Under the pieces are notes generated by a model, which saw only the letters and a list, made by a program, of their open reading frames with translations, was not told where the DNA came from and did no database searches. Made by a program: the position numbers and the translations under genes. From NCBI GenBank assembly GCA_038320345.1, contig JBBQED010000015.1, positions 6,447 through 70,446 of the forward strand: 64,000 nt of DNA. The letters run 5' to 3'. Shown piece after piece: positions 29,897-40,388 of this stretch (within the stretch, counting starts at the first letter, position 1; the number at the start of each line of letters is the position of its first letter). The DNA is from Bacteroidia bacterium (GTDB taxonomy: Bacteria; Bacteroidota; Bacteroidia; AKYH767-A; OLB10).

Positions 29897-32446
29897 TTAG
29901 TTGATAATCAGTTTCTGATAATAAATTCCTGAATTTGTTTTGATAACAATCAAGTAAGTACCAGCATCAAAGCGTTGGCTGATGGTAACGCCAAGGTTTA
30001 GTTGATCCTTGATCGGTGATGTTTGGTATACTGTTTTACCAATCATATCCACGATGGCAATTTCAGAATTTCCGGTTGCTGAAGCAAATTTTACAGTGAA
30101 AGCTCCACTAGAAGGATTTGGGTAAATAGTGATTTCTTTGCCAGCATTATTTTCTTCGATTCCAACAGTGCTGTTGATGACTACTGACGCAACATCATCA
30201 CTACTTGCCTGATCTCCTAAAGCAGCAACAAGTGCCGCAAGATGTACTTCTTGTCCTGCTGTAAAATTTGAAACTGTGCTGAAAGTATACTCTAAACTAT
30301 CTCCGGGATTTATAGTGAGCGTAGGAGTTTCTGCTGCTGATTGTCCTCCATTTACAAAGTAATAAATGGTAGGTTGTGTAATAACAGTTGTTCCTGTATT
30401 GTAGATCATCACTTTCACTAAGGTAGATGTTGTAAGATCTGCGTCCGTTAAAGGGTATGTAATTTTTGTGGCAGCAGCATTAATGTAAGAAGTTCCATCA
30501 ATATACTGATTCGATTTTTCAACCAGGAATGCATGGATTTTATAATGCGGTTCAGTATGACTTCCTCCGTTGTATCCTGTATTCAATAGATTGGTATAAG
30601 GTTGTAAAACATAATCTATTAGAATATCAGATCCCGGTGTTAACTGTGGTGTGAGATTCAGAAAGTAAGGATCAACAGCTTGTCCTGGACACCATCCCGC
30701 TCTGTTGTAAAGCCATGTCCCTGCTTGATTCGCACAGGTGTTTTGTGCACAGTTCGCCTTCCACAGATATTGAGTGCCAACATTCGCATTATTAACTACA
30801 AACGTATGTGTCTTCTGAGAAAATTCAGCTGCATTATCAGTATTCGCCTGACCATGTCCAGAGTTAGTCATGCGTAATTCTAATTCCTGAGTTAAACTAT
30901 TTGTTGTGATGGTATCCTGTGGCAAATCATAAGAAATTCCTGGATCTCCATACACCCAATTATCCGTTTCCCAGAGTCGCGTTACTTTTTGATAGGGAAA
31001 AGCTATGCCTGCTTCCACAAAAGTTAAGGATACATTTAACAACCAACCATTTTGTCCCCATACTTGAATATAAGATTCAAAATTGCAAGCTCCAGTAAGT
31101 AGCGATTTAAAACTTGTTACATCAACTGTCCATGGTCCACAACCCATTCCGTATGGAGTAATGAATCGGGCTAACTCATAAGTTTGTCCATCTTTTGCGA
31201 GTGATATTTTTGCGGGCTGATCCCATGGGTCACATCCACTCGGCGGACAACTTACGCTGATGTTCATGATGATTTGACTGTATTTTGTATTCTCATCAGG
31301 CAAGGGTACCGTAGCTAAATGTGATTGTCCATTAGCACCAAAATCATGTCGCACTGCAGAAAATAATGGAATGGTATTATTATTTCCAGTAGGTTTTATA
31401 TACACATAAGTTGCAGTGTCATTTAATGGATTGTAATCATTACTGAGATTGCAAAATACTTTCAAGGTACTCGTAGGTACAATAGATGCTTCAACTACAT
31501 TGTTAAATGCATAGATCAATTTTTGATTAGGCGGAAGGGATTGCGTAATGGTTTCAATAACCGGAGTACCACCATTTAATTGGTAACCAACCGTGAAATT
31601 GCTGATCGTATCTGTTCCGTTATTGGTGAAAGAAGCTCTTACTCTTGAAGATCCACTATAGAATGTAATGCGGTCAGGAGAAATTACAGCATTCGCATTT
31701 AAATCAGCACCACCGATGGAATAACCAGGTCCCCATGGGTTTGCAGGAAAATTGACGAGAGTACCTATGCTATTTGTTGTTGCAGTAATTTCATTAGGCG
31801 TAGTGATACCTGTTAGTTGATTGAATTTATAATACGCCACTAAACCGGGCTCATTATTGGGAAGATTTACGGTGTCATTTGCAATAATTTCTGATTGTGT
31901 TCTGGCAACATTCCATACTCTTACTTCATCAATAAAACCTTGAAAAACACGTCCTGCATAACCACTGCTTTCTCCTATTAACATTCCAACAGTAGAATTA
32001 GTGATGGGTGCCATACCTGCTGTGGTTGTGGTTCCTTCCAAATTTCCATTAATATAGATAAGCAGAGTTCCATTATCAAATACCGCAGCTACGTGATACC
32101 AAATATTTGTTTGCATTATTGGATTACTAACTACTTCTGTCCATGTGCTACTGATACCTACCGTAAAACTTAATTTACCATTGGATCCACAACGCAATAC
32201 ATAACCGCTAGTATTCGTGTTATCTTTTCCGATAATCGTACCTTGAAAGGATTGGGCTTTCCAAACTGAAGCATTTATCCACGCTTCCAAGGTTAATGTA
32301 TTCGGCGAATTAAATGCAGCAGATGCCGGTACTGTAACTTTATCATTCACTCCATCAAAAAGCAAACTACTTTGTTGAGCATTGAGATGTGTTGTGCAGC
32401 ACAAAATAAGGATTAGCAATCCGTTAATAAAGTAATTTTTTAACAT
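29897..32446 (-). CDS. T9SS-secreted multidomain protein with, in order, a signal peptide, a LamG-like domain, a PNGase F (peptide-N4-(N-acetyl-beta-glucosaminyl)asparagine amidase) domain and a T9SS CTD
   Basis: Strong similarity to Elizabethkingia PNGase F: CPPSGCDPWDQ...ELARFITPYGMG...VDVTSFKSLLTG and HTFVVNNAN...NRAGWCPGQAV. There is an N-terminal LamG-like segment. The C-terminus (KEITIYPNPSSGAFTVKF...YYQKLIIN) is a type-A T9SS sorting domain. Confidence 0.8.
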   Translation of the reverse strand: MLKNYFINGLLILILCCTTHLNAQQSSLLFDGVNDKVTVPASAAFNSPNTLTLEAWINASVWKAQSFQGTIIGKDNTNTSGYVLRCGSNGKLSFTVGISSTWTEVVSNPIMQTNIWYHVAAVFDNGTLLIYINGNLEGTTTTAGMAPITNSTVGMLIGESSGYAGRVFQGFIDEVRVWNVARTQSEIIANDTVNLPNNEPGLVAYYKFNQLTGITTPNEITATTNSIGTLVNFPANPWGPGYSIGGADLNANAVISPDRITFYSGSSRVRASFTNNGTDTISNFTVGYQLNGGTPVIETITQSLPPNQKLIYAFNNVVEASIVPTSTLKVFCNLSNDYNPLNDTATYVYIKPTGNNNTIPLFSAVRHDFGANGQSHLATVPLPDENTKYSQIIMNISVSCPPSGCDPWDQPAKISLAKDGQTYELARFITPYGMGCGPWTVDVTSFKSLLTGACNFESYIQVWGQNGWLLNVSLTFVEAGIAFPYQKVTRLWETDNWVYGDPGISYDLPQDTITTNSLTQELELRMTNSGHGQANTDNAAEFSQKTHTFVVNNANVGTQYLWKANCAQNTCANQAGTWLYNRAGWCPGQAVDPYFLNLTPQLTPGSDILIDYVLQPYTNLLNTGYNGGSHTEPHYKIHAFLVEKSNQYIDGTSYINAAATKITYPLTDADLTTSTLVKVMIYNTGTTVITQPTIYYFVNGGQSAAETPTLTINPGDSLEYTFSTVSNFTAGQEVHLAALVAALGDQASSDDVASVVINSTVGIEENNAGKEITIYPNPSSGAFTVKFASATGNSEIAIVDMIGKTVYQTSPIKDQLNLGVTISQRFDAGTYLIVIKTNSGIYYQKLIIN

Positions 32447-32708
32447 GTATGTGGTGGATTAAAGAGATTGGGGATTTTCAATGATCTACTAACAATAGCG
32501 ATCATCTCAACTGCTAAATTAAGGAAATACCTGTTAAAACAACTCCGCAGTTAGATGTTCATCTTGAAAATTGGCAAATACCCGTGGGGAGAATCAAAAT
32601 ACGATCTACATCTTCATGTTTACTAGCTTTCATAACCGCATATCACAGGTGTAAGCACTGCAAAGTAGCATTCCTGAAAAGTATACAATGCGGATCATTT
32701 ATAAAGCG

Positions 32709-34061
32709 TTAGAAAGGCTTCTGTACTCCCGTGTAATTGTAAGGAGTAATACTTTGCAATTCCTCTTTTACGGATTCGGAGACCTCAAGATTATTGACAA
32801 AATCTTTAATAGTTTCCTTATTGATTTTCGCTCCTGTTCGGGTAAGTTGCTTTAAGGCTTCATAAGGATTTGGATAACCCTCTCTGCGTAAAATTGTTTG
32901 AATTCCTTCCGCAACTACGGCCCAGTTATCATCGAGATCAGCACGAATAGCCGCTTCATTTACTTTCACTTTTGAAAGTCCTTTTAATAATGATTTGGAA
33001 GCAATCAAAGTATGTGCAAAGGGAACTCCGATATTACGGAGCACAGTAGAATCCGTTAAATCCCTTTGTAATCTGGAGATCGGAAGTTTAGCTGCCAAAT
33101 GTTCTAAAAGCGCATTCGCCATGCCTAGATTTCCCTCAGCATTTTCGAAATCTATGGGATTAACTTTATGGGGCATTGCCGAAGATCCTACTTCATTCGC
33201 AACTACGATCTGAGTGAAGTAATTCATGGAAATATAAGACCACATATCCCGACAGAGATCCGTCAAGATCGTATTGATTCTTTTCATCGTATCGAACATT
33301 GCGGCCATGTTGTCGTAGTGTTCAATCTGGGTCGTGTAGGCATTTCTTTGTAATCCTAATCTAGAAATAAATCGATCCGAAAAAGTGATCCAATCAATTT
33401 GCGGATAGGCGATAACGTGAGCATTGAAATTTCCTGTTGCTCCGCCAAATTTTGCCGAATAGGCAATGCCTTTCATTAACTCAAGCTGCGTATTTATGCG
33501 ATGATGGAAAATGAAAATTTCCTTTCCAAGTCGGGTAGGAGATGCCGGTTGTCCATGTGTTCTTGCTAACATTGGAATGTCTTTCCAATCGGTAGATATG
33601 ATGGCTAATCGATCACAAATTGCTTTAATCTCAGGAAGGTAAATAATTTTAACAGCTTCTAGTAGGGATAACGGAATAGCTGTATTGTTGATATCCTGAC
33701 TGGTGAGTCCAAAGTGGATGAATTCCTTGTATTCTAGCAGTCCGATTTTATCAAATTGTTCTTTTAGAAAATACTCTACGGCTTTTACATCATGATTGGT
33801 TGTTTTTTCAATGCTTTTAATGCGCAATGCATCTTCATGGCTAAAATCATGATAGAGTTTTCGCAAGGATGAAAAACTATTCTTGGAAACGCTAGCTAAC
33901 TGTGGTAATGGGATCTCGCAGAGTTCGATGAAATATTCTACTTCCACCATTACACGGTATCTCATTAAAGCTTCTTCTGAAAAGTATAAGGCAAGCTCTT
34001 CACAAACCTTACGGTAACGACCGTCGATAGGAGATATAGCATTTAAAGGATGGAGTTCCAT
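32709..34061 (-). CDS. purB: Adenylosuccinate lyase
   Basis: 450 aa with the lyase_1 family signature region and the typical PurB N-terminus (ISPIDGRY). Confidence 0.9.
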   Translation of the reverse strand: MELHPLNAISPIDGRYRKVCEELALYFSEEALMRYRVMVEVEYFIELCEIPLPQLASVSKNSFSSLRKLYHDFSHEDALRIKSIEKTTNHDVKAVEYFLKEQFDKIGLLEYKEFIHFGLTSQDINNTAIPLSLLEAVKIIYLPEIKAICDRLAIISTDWKDIPMLARTHGQPASPTRLGKEIFIFHHRINTQLELMKGIAYSAKFGGATGNFNAHVIAYPQIDWITFSDRFISRLGLQRNAYTTQIEHYDNMAAMFDTMKRINTILTDLCRDMWSYISMNYFTQIVVANEVGSSAMPHKVNPIDFENAEGNLGMANALLEHLAAKLPISRLQRDLTDSTVLRNIGVPFAHTLIASKSLLKGLSKVKVNEAAIRADLDDNWAVVAEGIQTILRREGYPNPYEALKQLTRTGAKINKETIKDFVNNLEVSESVKEELQSITPYNYTGVQKPF

Positions 34062-34106
34062 AATGTAAGAGGATGTTGTTGGAAGGAAATGTTACGGCTT
34101 GAAGTG

Positions 34107-34982
34107 TTAAGCGGAAAGTACTTCTGATTCTTTGTTGATTTTTTTTACGAGTCCTTGTAGAATTTTCCCTGGACCAACCTCGGTAAATGAGGATGCTCCG
34201 TCACTTACCATTTGTTGAATAATCTGAGTCCAACGAACAGGCGCAGTTAATTGTGCAATTAGATTTCTCCTGATTTCATCTATGTTTCGGTGAGGCATTG
34301 CCGTTACATTCTGATACACAGGACAACTTGGAGTTTGAAATGTGGCATTCTCGATTGCTTCCGCCAGTCGATCTCTTGCAGGTCCCATCAATGGGCTATG
34401 AAAGGCTCCTCCTACATTCAACATCAAAGCGCGTTTTGCACCAGCAGCAGTTAGTTTTTCGCAAGCTTCTTTCACACCTTCTAAGGTACCTGAAATAACA
34501 AGTTGTCCGGGACAGTTATAATTAGCCGCGACTACAATTTTATCAATCGCCGCACAAATTTCTTCTACTTTGTGATCTTCCATTCCAAGAACAGCCGCCA
34601 TCGTACCGGGTTCAATTTCACAAGCTTCTTGCATGGCATTCGCACGTTCAATTACTAAGCGTAATCCATCTTCAAAAGTTAGGGTTTGGTTTGCAACTAA
34701 TGCGGAGAATTCTCCTAATGAATGCCCAGCCACCATTTCTGGTTTGAATGTTTCACCAAGTGTTTTCGCAAGTATTACAGAATGAATAAAAATCGAAGGT
34801 TGCGTGACATTGGTTTGTTTTAGATCTTCATCAGTTCCCGAAAACATCAGATCTGAAATTCGGAAACCGATGATCTCATTGGCCTGTTCAAAGAGCTCTT
34901 TAGCCTGTGTTGAATTTTCGTACAGGTCTTTGCCCATTCCAACAAATTGTGAACCCTGTCCGGGGAAGATAAATGCTTTCAT
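34107..34982 (-). CDS. fabD: Malonyl-CoA:ACP transacylase
   Basis: FPGQGSQ and GHSLGEFSALV motifs. Confidence 0.9.
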   Translation of the reverse strand: MKAFIFPGQGSQFVGMGKDLYENSTQAKELFEQANEIIGFRISDLMFSGTDEDLKQTNVTQPSIFIHSVILAKTLGETFKPEMVAGHSLGEFSALVANQTLTFEDGLRLVIERANAMQEACEIEPGTMAAVLGMEDHKVEEICAAIDKIVVAANYNCPGQLVISGTLEGVKEACEKLTAAGAKRALMLNVGGAFHSPLMGPARDRLAEAIENATFQTPSCPVYQNVTAMPHRNIDEIRRNLIAQLTAPVRWTQIIQQMVSDGASSFTEVGPGKILQGLVKKINKESEVLSA

Positions 34983-35032
34983 AGTGTAGGTTGCATTGAA
35001 GTTAAGGTCGTTGATTGTAATTACTACGAATA

Positions 35033-35671
35033 TTAATGTCGTCCTGATGTGATCAGACTGATGAATTCACTGCGCGTTCTATCGTTTTCAAATTCACCCG
35101 TAAATGCAGAGGTCGTAGTGATCGAATTTTGTTTTTGAATCCCTCTCATCTGCATACACAAATGTTGTGCTTCAATTACAACTGCAACACCTAATGGTTT
35201 TAAAGTTTCTTGAATGCAATCACGGATTTCTGTAGTGAGCCTTTCTTGTACTTGTAACCTTCTTGCAAATGCATCCGCTACTCTAGGAATCTTACTTAAA
35301 CCAACGATATATTGATTAGGAATATAAGCAATATGTGCCTTACCGAAGAAGGGCAACATATGATGTTCACACATTGAATAGATCTCGATATCTTTTACGA
35401 TCACCATCTGTTTATAATCTTCTTTGAACTTTGCTGAATTCAAAATTGCTACTGGATCAAGATCATAACCATGAGTAAGAAATTGCAAAGCTTTTCCTAC
35501 ACGCTCTGGCGTTTTTAACAACCCATCTCGCGACGGATCTTCACCCAAATCTTTAAGAATATGTTCGTAATGTCCAGAGATACGGAGAAGTTTTCCGGGA
35601 TTATATAGTTCGATTTTTTCGTAACCTAATAATTCTTCCGGCTCCTCATTTTTCTTTTTCTTGGTGGCCAC
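35033..35671 (-). CDS. folE: GTP cyclohydrolase I
   Basis: CEHHMLPF motif and full-length FolE-type sequence. Confidence 0.9.
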   Translation of the reverse strand: MATKKKKNEEPEELLGYEKIELYNPGKLLRISGHYEHILKDLGEDPSRDGLLKTPERVGKALQFLTHGYDLDPVAILNSAKFKEDYKQMVIVKDIEIYSMCEHHMLPFFGKAHIAYIPNQYIVGLSKIPRVADAFARRLQVQERLTTEIRDCIQETLKPLGVAVVIEAQHLCMQMRGIQKQNSITTTSAFTGEFENDRTRSEFISLITSGRH

Positions 35672-35691
35672 AGGATTTTATTTTTTTAAAA

Positions 35692-36105
35692 TTATTTCCC
35701 AAAATACTCCACGAAATTATTTTCTGTTTCGTAAAGTTTAACGCAATGCAACGCACAGCCTTTTTCATTTACTGGTCCTTCAATTTGTTCCCAAATAGCA
35801 AGTGCAAGTATTTCTGTAGAGGCCATTCTTCCTTTCATGAAATCAACATCCATGTTCACGTTTTTATGATCGAGTTTGTCAATGACTCTTTCTTTGATCA
35901 ATGAACTCAAATATTTCAGATCAATTACAAATCCAGTCATCTCATCGGGTTCACCTTTTACGGTTACATAGAGTTCATAATTATGTCCATGCCAGTTGGG
36001 GTTAGAACATTTGCCAAAAATCTCCATGTTCTTTTCATCACTCCATTCTGGCTTAAACAGTTTATGGGCGGCATTAAATCGTTCTCTTCGGGTAATGTAA
36101 ACCAT
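35692..36105 (-). CDS. queD: 6-carboxytetrahydropterin / 6-pyruvoyl-tetrahydropterin synthase
   Basis: 137 aa PTPS family protein with catalytic His and the Zn-binding HGH motif (NWHGHNYEL). Confidence 0.8.
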   Translation of the reverse strand: MVYITRRERFNAAHKLFKPEWSDEKNMEIFGKCSNPNWHGHNYELYVTVKGEPDEMTGFVIDLKYLSSLIKERVIDKLDHKNVNMDVDFMKGRMASTEILALAIWEQIEGPVNEKGCALHCVKLYETENNFVEYFGK

Positions 36106-36219
36106 GATTTTTATCTTAATTCTGCTCTCTTAACAAAGAATTGCAAAATTAGTTGATTTTGAGAAACTACTGATGGACAGAAACCACTCTGAATTAGTGC
36201 ATTAAACTATCTTCGTAAA

Positions 36220-36897
36220 ATGAAAATGCGTTTACTGATCGTAAGTGCCACCTCTGCTGAAGCTTCAGGTCTTTTTCCTGACTCGATTGGCGAAGTGTTA
36301 CCCGGCCATTCTATTTCCTTGGAAAGCAGTCGTTTTGATGTGGAATTGCTCATTACAGGAGTTGGATCTGTGGCAACGGCATTCCAACTTGGATGCAGAT
36401 TACAGGCTCATCATTACGAAATGGCTTTAAATATTGGACTAGCAGGCACTTTTCGTGAAGATTGGCTTCTCGGCAAAGTTTTAAAAGTGAAGAGCGATTG
36501 TTTTGCTGATCTTGGTGCCGAGGATCATGATGCGTTTTTGGATTTGTTTGATCTTCAACTGGCAGATCCCGATCAGGAACCATTTAAAAATAAAGAGCTA
36601 ATTCCAATTCCATTTCCGCACGCAATTGCACTCCCCACTTTAGACGAAGCTGTTGGGATTACCGTGAATAAAGTGCATGGGAATAATTCTTCTATTGCAT
36701 TAATCAAAAAAAGATTTCCGGCAGATCTGGAAAGTATGGAAGGTGCAGCTTTTTTTTATGCCTGTAATCTAATGCGTATTCCATCTATGCAAATTCGCGC
36801 TATCTCCAATAGGGTTGAACCTCGGAATCGTGATAACTGGGATATCAAAAAAGCCCTGGAAGCATTGACGCTTACGGTGAAGGATTTGATGAAGTAA
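36220..36897 (+). CDS. mqnB: Futalosine hydrolase (MTA/SAH nucleosidase family)
   Basis: PNP_UDP_1 fold with the ESMEGAAF motif. The length (225 aa) and sequence are typical of MqnB. Confidence 0.65.
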   Translation: MKMRLLIVSATSAEASGLFPDSIGEVLPGHSISLESSRFDVELLITGVGSVATAFQLGCRLQAHHYEMALNIGLAGTFREDWLLGKVLKVKSDCFADLGAEDHDAFLDLFDLQLADPDQEPFKNKELIPIPFPHAIALPTLDEAVGITVNKVHGNNSSIALIKKRFPADLESMEGAAFFYACNLMRIPSMQIRAISNRVEPRNRDNWDIKKALEALTLTVKDLMK

Positions 36898-36978
36898 TGA
36901 TCATTTTATTCTTGAAAACTTTTCTGAGATCCTGATGATTTTTTATTTTTTCGGTGCAGAACTTTGTAAGTTTGTAAA

Positions 36979-38127
36979 ATGTCAGTGACGATTACCTTCT
37001 GTAAATTGAGAATTGCAGCTTTCCGATTTTTAGGGAGTTATAAATGGGGGAGATTTTGTTTGATATACATGATTGTATTTTGTGGTGTCTGTTCAAAAGT
37101 GAATGCACAAAATCAAAATGTTCAACGACCACTTGATATTGTTTTTTGCGCAGATTTAAGTGGAAGCACCAATGGGTTGATTAATGATATGCGTGATCAA
37201 CTTTGGGTGATCGTTAATCAAATTCAACAGATGGAACCTGCTCCTGATTTGAGAATTTCTTTCGTAGGTTTTTCCCGTCCCAGCTTTGGGAAAAATACTG
37301 GTTATGTGAAAATATTTACTGACCTCACCCCGAATTTTGATTTTGTGGCGGCTAGAATGTATACCCTCAAACCTTCTATCGAAAAAGGTGATCAGATTGT
37401 GCATGCCGCGCTTAATAATTGCATCACACAATTAAATTGGTCGAAGAGAGATGATGCGGTAAAAATTATTTTCCTAATCGGAAATGGAATGGTTGCAGGT
37501 GCCAATTTTGAATACGTTAAATCCTGTGAACAAGCTGCAGCAAGGAATATTATTATTAATACTATTTATGTTCAGAAAAATAATAATATGTTTAAAGAGC
37601 TTCCGGGATGGCGACGAATCGCAACGATTACCAGAGGCATGCAGAGTGAAATAACTGTGAATAAAGAAGACGATATCACTACCCTTTGGTCAACCGATTT
37701 GGGCAAAGTAAAAGACTTACATAAAAAACTAGTGGCTTCTTTTATCTGGAATGGAATTGATAGTTCATTGTGCCGCAAGTATCAGTTTTCAGCAGACTCA
37801 GGTGCTTGGGAAGCGGGCAAAGATGTTTATTTGAATCGTGTTTTTTATCAGCTAACAGATCAGTATGCATCTCAATTACGTCCATGTGAATTGGTGAGTG
37901 AATACACTGCCGAAGGAAGTTGGGAGTCAGATACTACCTTGCGTGAATTCCGTAGTCGATTGACTGAACTTAAAAAAAACAGAGATCTGTATAGGAATGC
38001 ATTAAAAGAGGAGCTTACATTAGAACCTGTAAAAGTTTATCATCAGTTATATGTGGCAAATCAAATGACTGACAAAAATATATTTCATCGCGTAGTACTG
38101 AATATGTTATTGAGACAATGGAAATAA
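36979..38127 (+). CDS. Secreted von Willebrand factor A domain protein
   Basis: MIDAS motif DLSGST and a vWA fold in the N-terminal half. The C-terminal ~150 aa are unassigned. Confidence 0.7.
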   Translation: MSVTITFCKLRIAAFRFLGSYKWGRFCLIYMIVFCGVCSKVNAQNQNVQRPLDIVFCADLSGSTNGLINDMRDQLWVIVNQIQQMEPAPDLRISFVGFSRPSFGKNTGYVKIFTDLTPNFDFVAARMYTLKPSIEKGDQIVHAALNNCITQLNWSKRDDAVKIIFLIGNGMVAGANFEYVKSCEQAAARNIIINTIYVQKNNNMFKELPGWRRIATITRGMQSEITVNKEDDITTLWSTDLGKVKDLHKKLVASFIWNGIDSSLCRKYQFSADSGAWEAGKDVYLNRVFYQLTDQYASQLRPCELVSEYTAEGSWESDTTLREFRSRLTELKKNRDLYRNALKEELTLEPVKVYHQLYVANQMTDKNIFHRVVLNMLLRQWK

Positions 38128-38252
38128 TTTATTTCTTCCACTGTATTTAGATTTTTTAATTCTAAAATCGGAGCTCAATAGCAAGTTGATAGCCGGAAAA
38201 ATTGCTATCCTCAACTATTTTAATAAGAGAGAAAAAGTCTGCAGTTTAGAGG

Positions 38253-38930
38253 TTACAACTCCGCAAGAATCGTTACACCACCAGTTGTTTTTTGACCTAG
38301 CTCCACATTTATTTTTGTACCCAGCGGAAGATAAATATCTACGCGTGAACCAAATTTTATGAAACCCATTTCAGCACCTTGGCGAACCATATCATTTTCA
38401 TGGGGATAATAAACAATTCGCTTTGCAAGAGCTCCTGCAATCTGACGACACATCACTGAAGTCTTAGTATCCTTTTGAATAACGATAGTTGTTCTCTCAT
38501 TTTCAGTGCTCGCTTTAGGATGCCAAGCAACTAAATACTTGCCTTCATGATAACGTAGGTAACTAATTTTTCCAGAAACTGGATACCAGTTAGCATGTAC
38601 ATTTATCGGTGACATGAATACAGAAATCTGAAGCCTCTTGTCTTTGAAGAATTCAGGCTCCATGGTTTCTTCTATCACCACTACTTTTCCATCACACGGA
38701 CAGATCACCAAATTTTCTCCAAGCGATTGATTGCGTTTTGGAAAACGAAAGAATTGCAATACTAATAAGAAGAAAACTAAACTTATTCCCAATACGATAC
38801 TTAGGATAACCGTATTGTTGGCAAAGAACGTATAGGTTAATCCGTTTACCAGTAAAAAGAAGAGTGTAGTAATACTTAGAATCGTGTAGCCTTCGCGATG
38901 GATGGTCATGATAGAGGGGCGTTTAAGCAT
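38253..38930 (-). CDS. psd: Phosphatidylserine decarboxylase proenzyme
   Basis: N-terminal TM helices and a C-terminal FGSRVD motif, consistent with the GST/LGST self-cleavage site region. Confidence 0.8.
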   Translation of the reverse strand: MLKRPSIMTIHREGYTILSITTLFFLLVNGLTYTFFANNTVILSIVLGISLVFFLLVLQFFRFPKRNQSLGENLVICPCDGKVVVIEETMEPEFFKDKRLQISVFMSPINVHANWYPVSGKISYLRYHEGKYLVAWHPKASTENERTTIVIQKDTKTSVMCRQIAGALAKRIVYYPHENDMVRQGAEMGFIKFGSRVDIYLPLGTKINVELGQKTTGGVTILAEL

Positions 38931-38978
38931 AAAGCGCAGAGAAAAATCTCTGCGCTTGAAATAATTTAAGGCTATGAA

Positions 38979-40280
38979 TTAATAACTACCTCGGGAACGA
39001 ATTCCTTTAGCAACTTTTTCGAGTGCGAAGATATAGGCAGCAATTCGCATAGAAACTTTATAATGTTGTGAAACACTCCAAACATTATGGAATGCTTGTT
39101 TCATCCAGCGATCCGCACGTTTGTTGATTTCGTCTTCACTGTAATAATATCCTGTTCGGTTTTGTACCCACTCAAAATAAGATACCGTTACTCCACCACC
39201 GTTAGCAAGGATATCTGGAATGAGAATAGCTCCTTTGTTATGTAAAATTTCATCAGCACCGGCTGTTGTTGGTCCGTTAGCACCTTCTACAATCAGTTTT
39301 GCTTTTACATTGTTAGCATTTACAGCAGTGATTTGATTTTCCGTTGCGCAAGGTGCAAGAATATCTACATTCAGCTCTAACAAATCTTCATTGCTGATTA
39401 AATCTCCACCCTTAAATCCTTGCAAAATACCTTTGTTCTGCTCACGGTAGGCAATAATTTTTTCAATGTCGAATCCTTTTGGATTAAAAAATGCACCCGT
39501 ATGATCAGAGATTCCAACCACTTTGATTCCGTGCATTGCAAAATGTTTTGCAGAGATAGAACCTACGTTTCCGAATCCTTGAACTGCTGCTTTGCATTTC
39601 TCTGGTTTCATTTTTAATTTATGCATCGCTTCTAAAGCAGAAGTACAAACACCACGACCTGTTGCTTCAACACGTCCTAATGATCCACCCAAATGCAATG
39701 GTTTTCCTGTTACAATTCCTGGTGTGAAACTGCCTTTTAGTTTAGAGAACTCATCAACGATCCACGCCATTTCACGAGGACCTGTATTCATATCTGGTGC
39801 TGGAATATCTTTATCTACTCCAAAAATATCCGACATCGCTACTGTATAAGCGCGAGTAAGTCTTTCTAATTCGCCTACCGACATTTTATGCGGATCACAA
39901 TTAATTCCGCCTTTAGCTCCACCGTAAGGAATATCAGCAATGGCACATTTAAAGGTCATCCATGCAGCAAGTGCTTTTACTTCATCCGCATCAACCGCAG
40001 GTGAATAACGAATTCCTCCTTTTGAGGGTCCGAGTGCAGTACTGTGAATTACACGGTATCCTTCGAAAGCATGGATAGAACCATCATCCATTTTGATAGG
40101 AAGACTCACCTCTACAAGTTTAGAAGGGGTCTTCATTATTTCATAAACGTCAGATTCTAGTCCGACGATTTTTGCAGCCACATCAAAGCGTTGAATCATT
40201 GCTTCAAATGGGTTAGTTGAATCCTTTACAGGAGCTGCTTGTTTCAACTTTGATTTTTTGGTGATAGCTGTTACTGCCAT
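38979..40280 (-). CDS. gdhA: Glutamate dehydrogenase (Glu/Leu/Phe/Val dehydrogenase family)
   Basis: Catalytic lysine region and a GFGNVG Rossmann motif. The start was moved to ATG 40280 (MAVTAITKK), because the ORF-track start adds 27 unlikely residues. Confidence 0.9.
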   Translation of the reverse strand: MAVTAITKKSKLKQAAPVKDSTNPFEAMIQRFDVAAKIVGLESDVYEIMKTPSKLVEVSLPIKMDDGSIHAFEGYRVIHSTALGPSKGGIRYSPAVDADEVKALAAWMTFKCAIADIPYGGAKGGINCDPHKMSVGELERLTRAYTVAMSDIFGVDKDIPAPDMNTGPREMAWIVDEFSKLKGSFTPGIVTGKPLHLGGSLGRVEATGRGVCTSALEAMHKLKMKPEKCKAAVQGFGNVGSISAKHFAMHGIKVVGISDHTGAFFNPKGFDIEKIIAYREQNKGILQGFKGGDLISNEDLLELNVDILAPCATENQITAVNANNVKAKLIVEGANGPTTAGADEILHNKGAILIPDILANGGGVTVSYFEWVQNRTGYYYSEDEINKRADRWMKQAFHNVWSVSQHYKVSMRIAAYIFALEKVAKGIRSRGSY

Positions 40281-40388
40281 GCTATATTTTGTGATGTTAT
40301 GGGAGGGCGAAATTAGCAAATTAACCCCGACCGACAAACGATTAAATCGCCTTATTTCCAATGTATTGACCTAAACCACAGGTTTCCT

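Noticed and set aside
36220-36897. Whether mqnB next to folE and queD indicates a novel pterin or menaquinone hybrid pathway
   Set aside because: mqnB is on the opposite strand with its own promoter. The adjacency of housekeeping cofactor genes is common and needs no special explanation.
40281-40361. The upstream extension of gdhA, and similar N-terminal extensions on msrB, the fatty acid desaturase, the EVE-domain protein and the PKD lipoprotein
   Set aside because: The extensions are not conserved or are hydrophilic junk ahead of obvious native N-termini or signal peptides. Internal ATGs were chosen instead.
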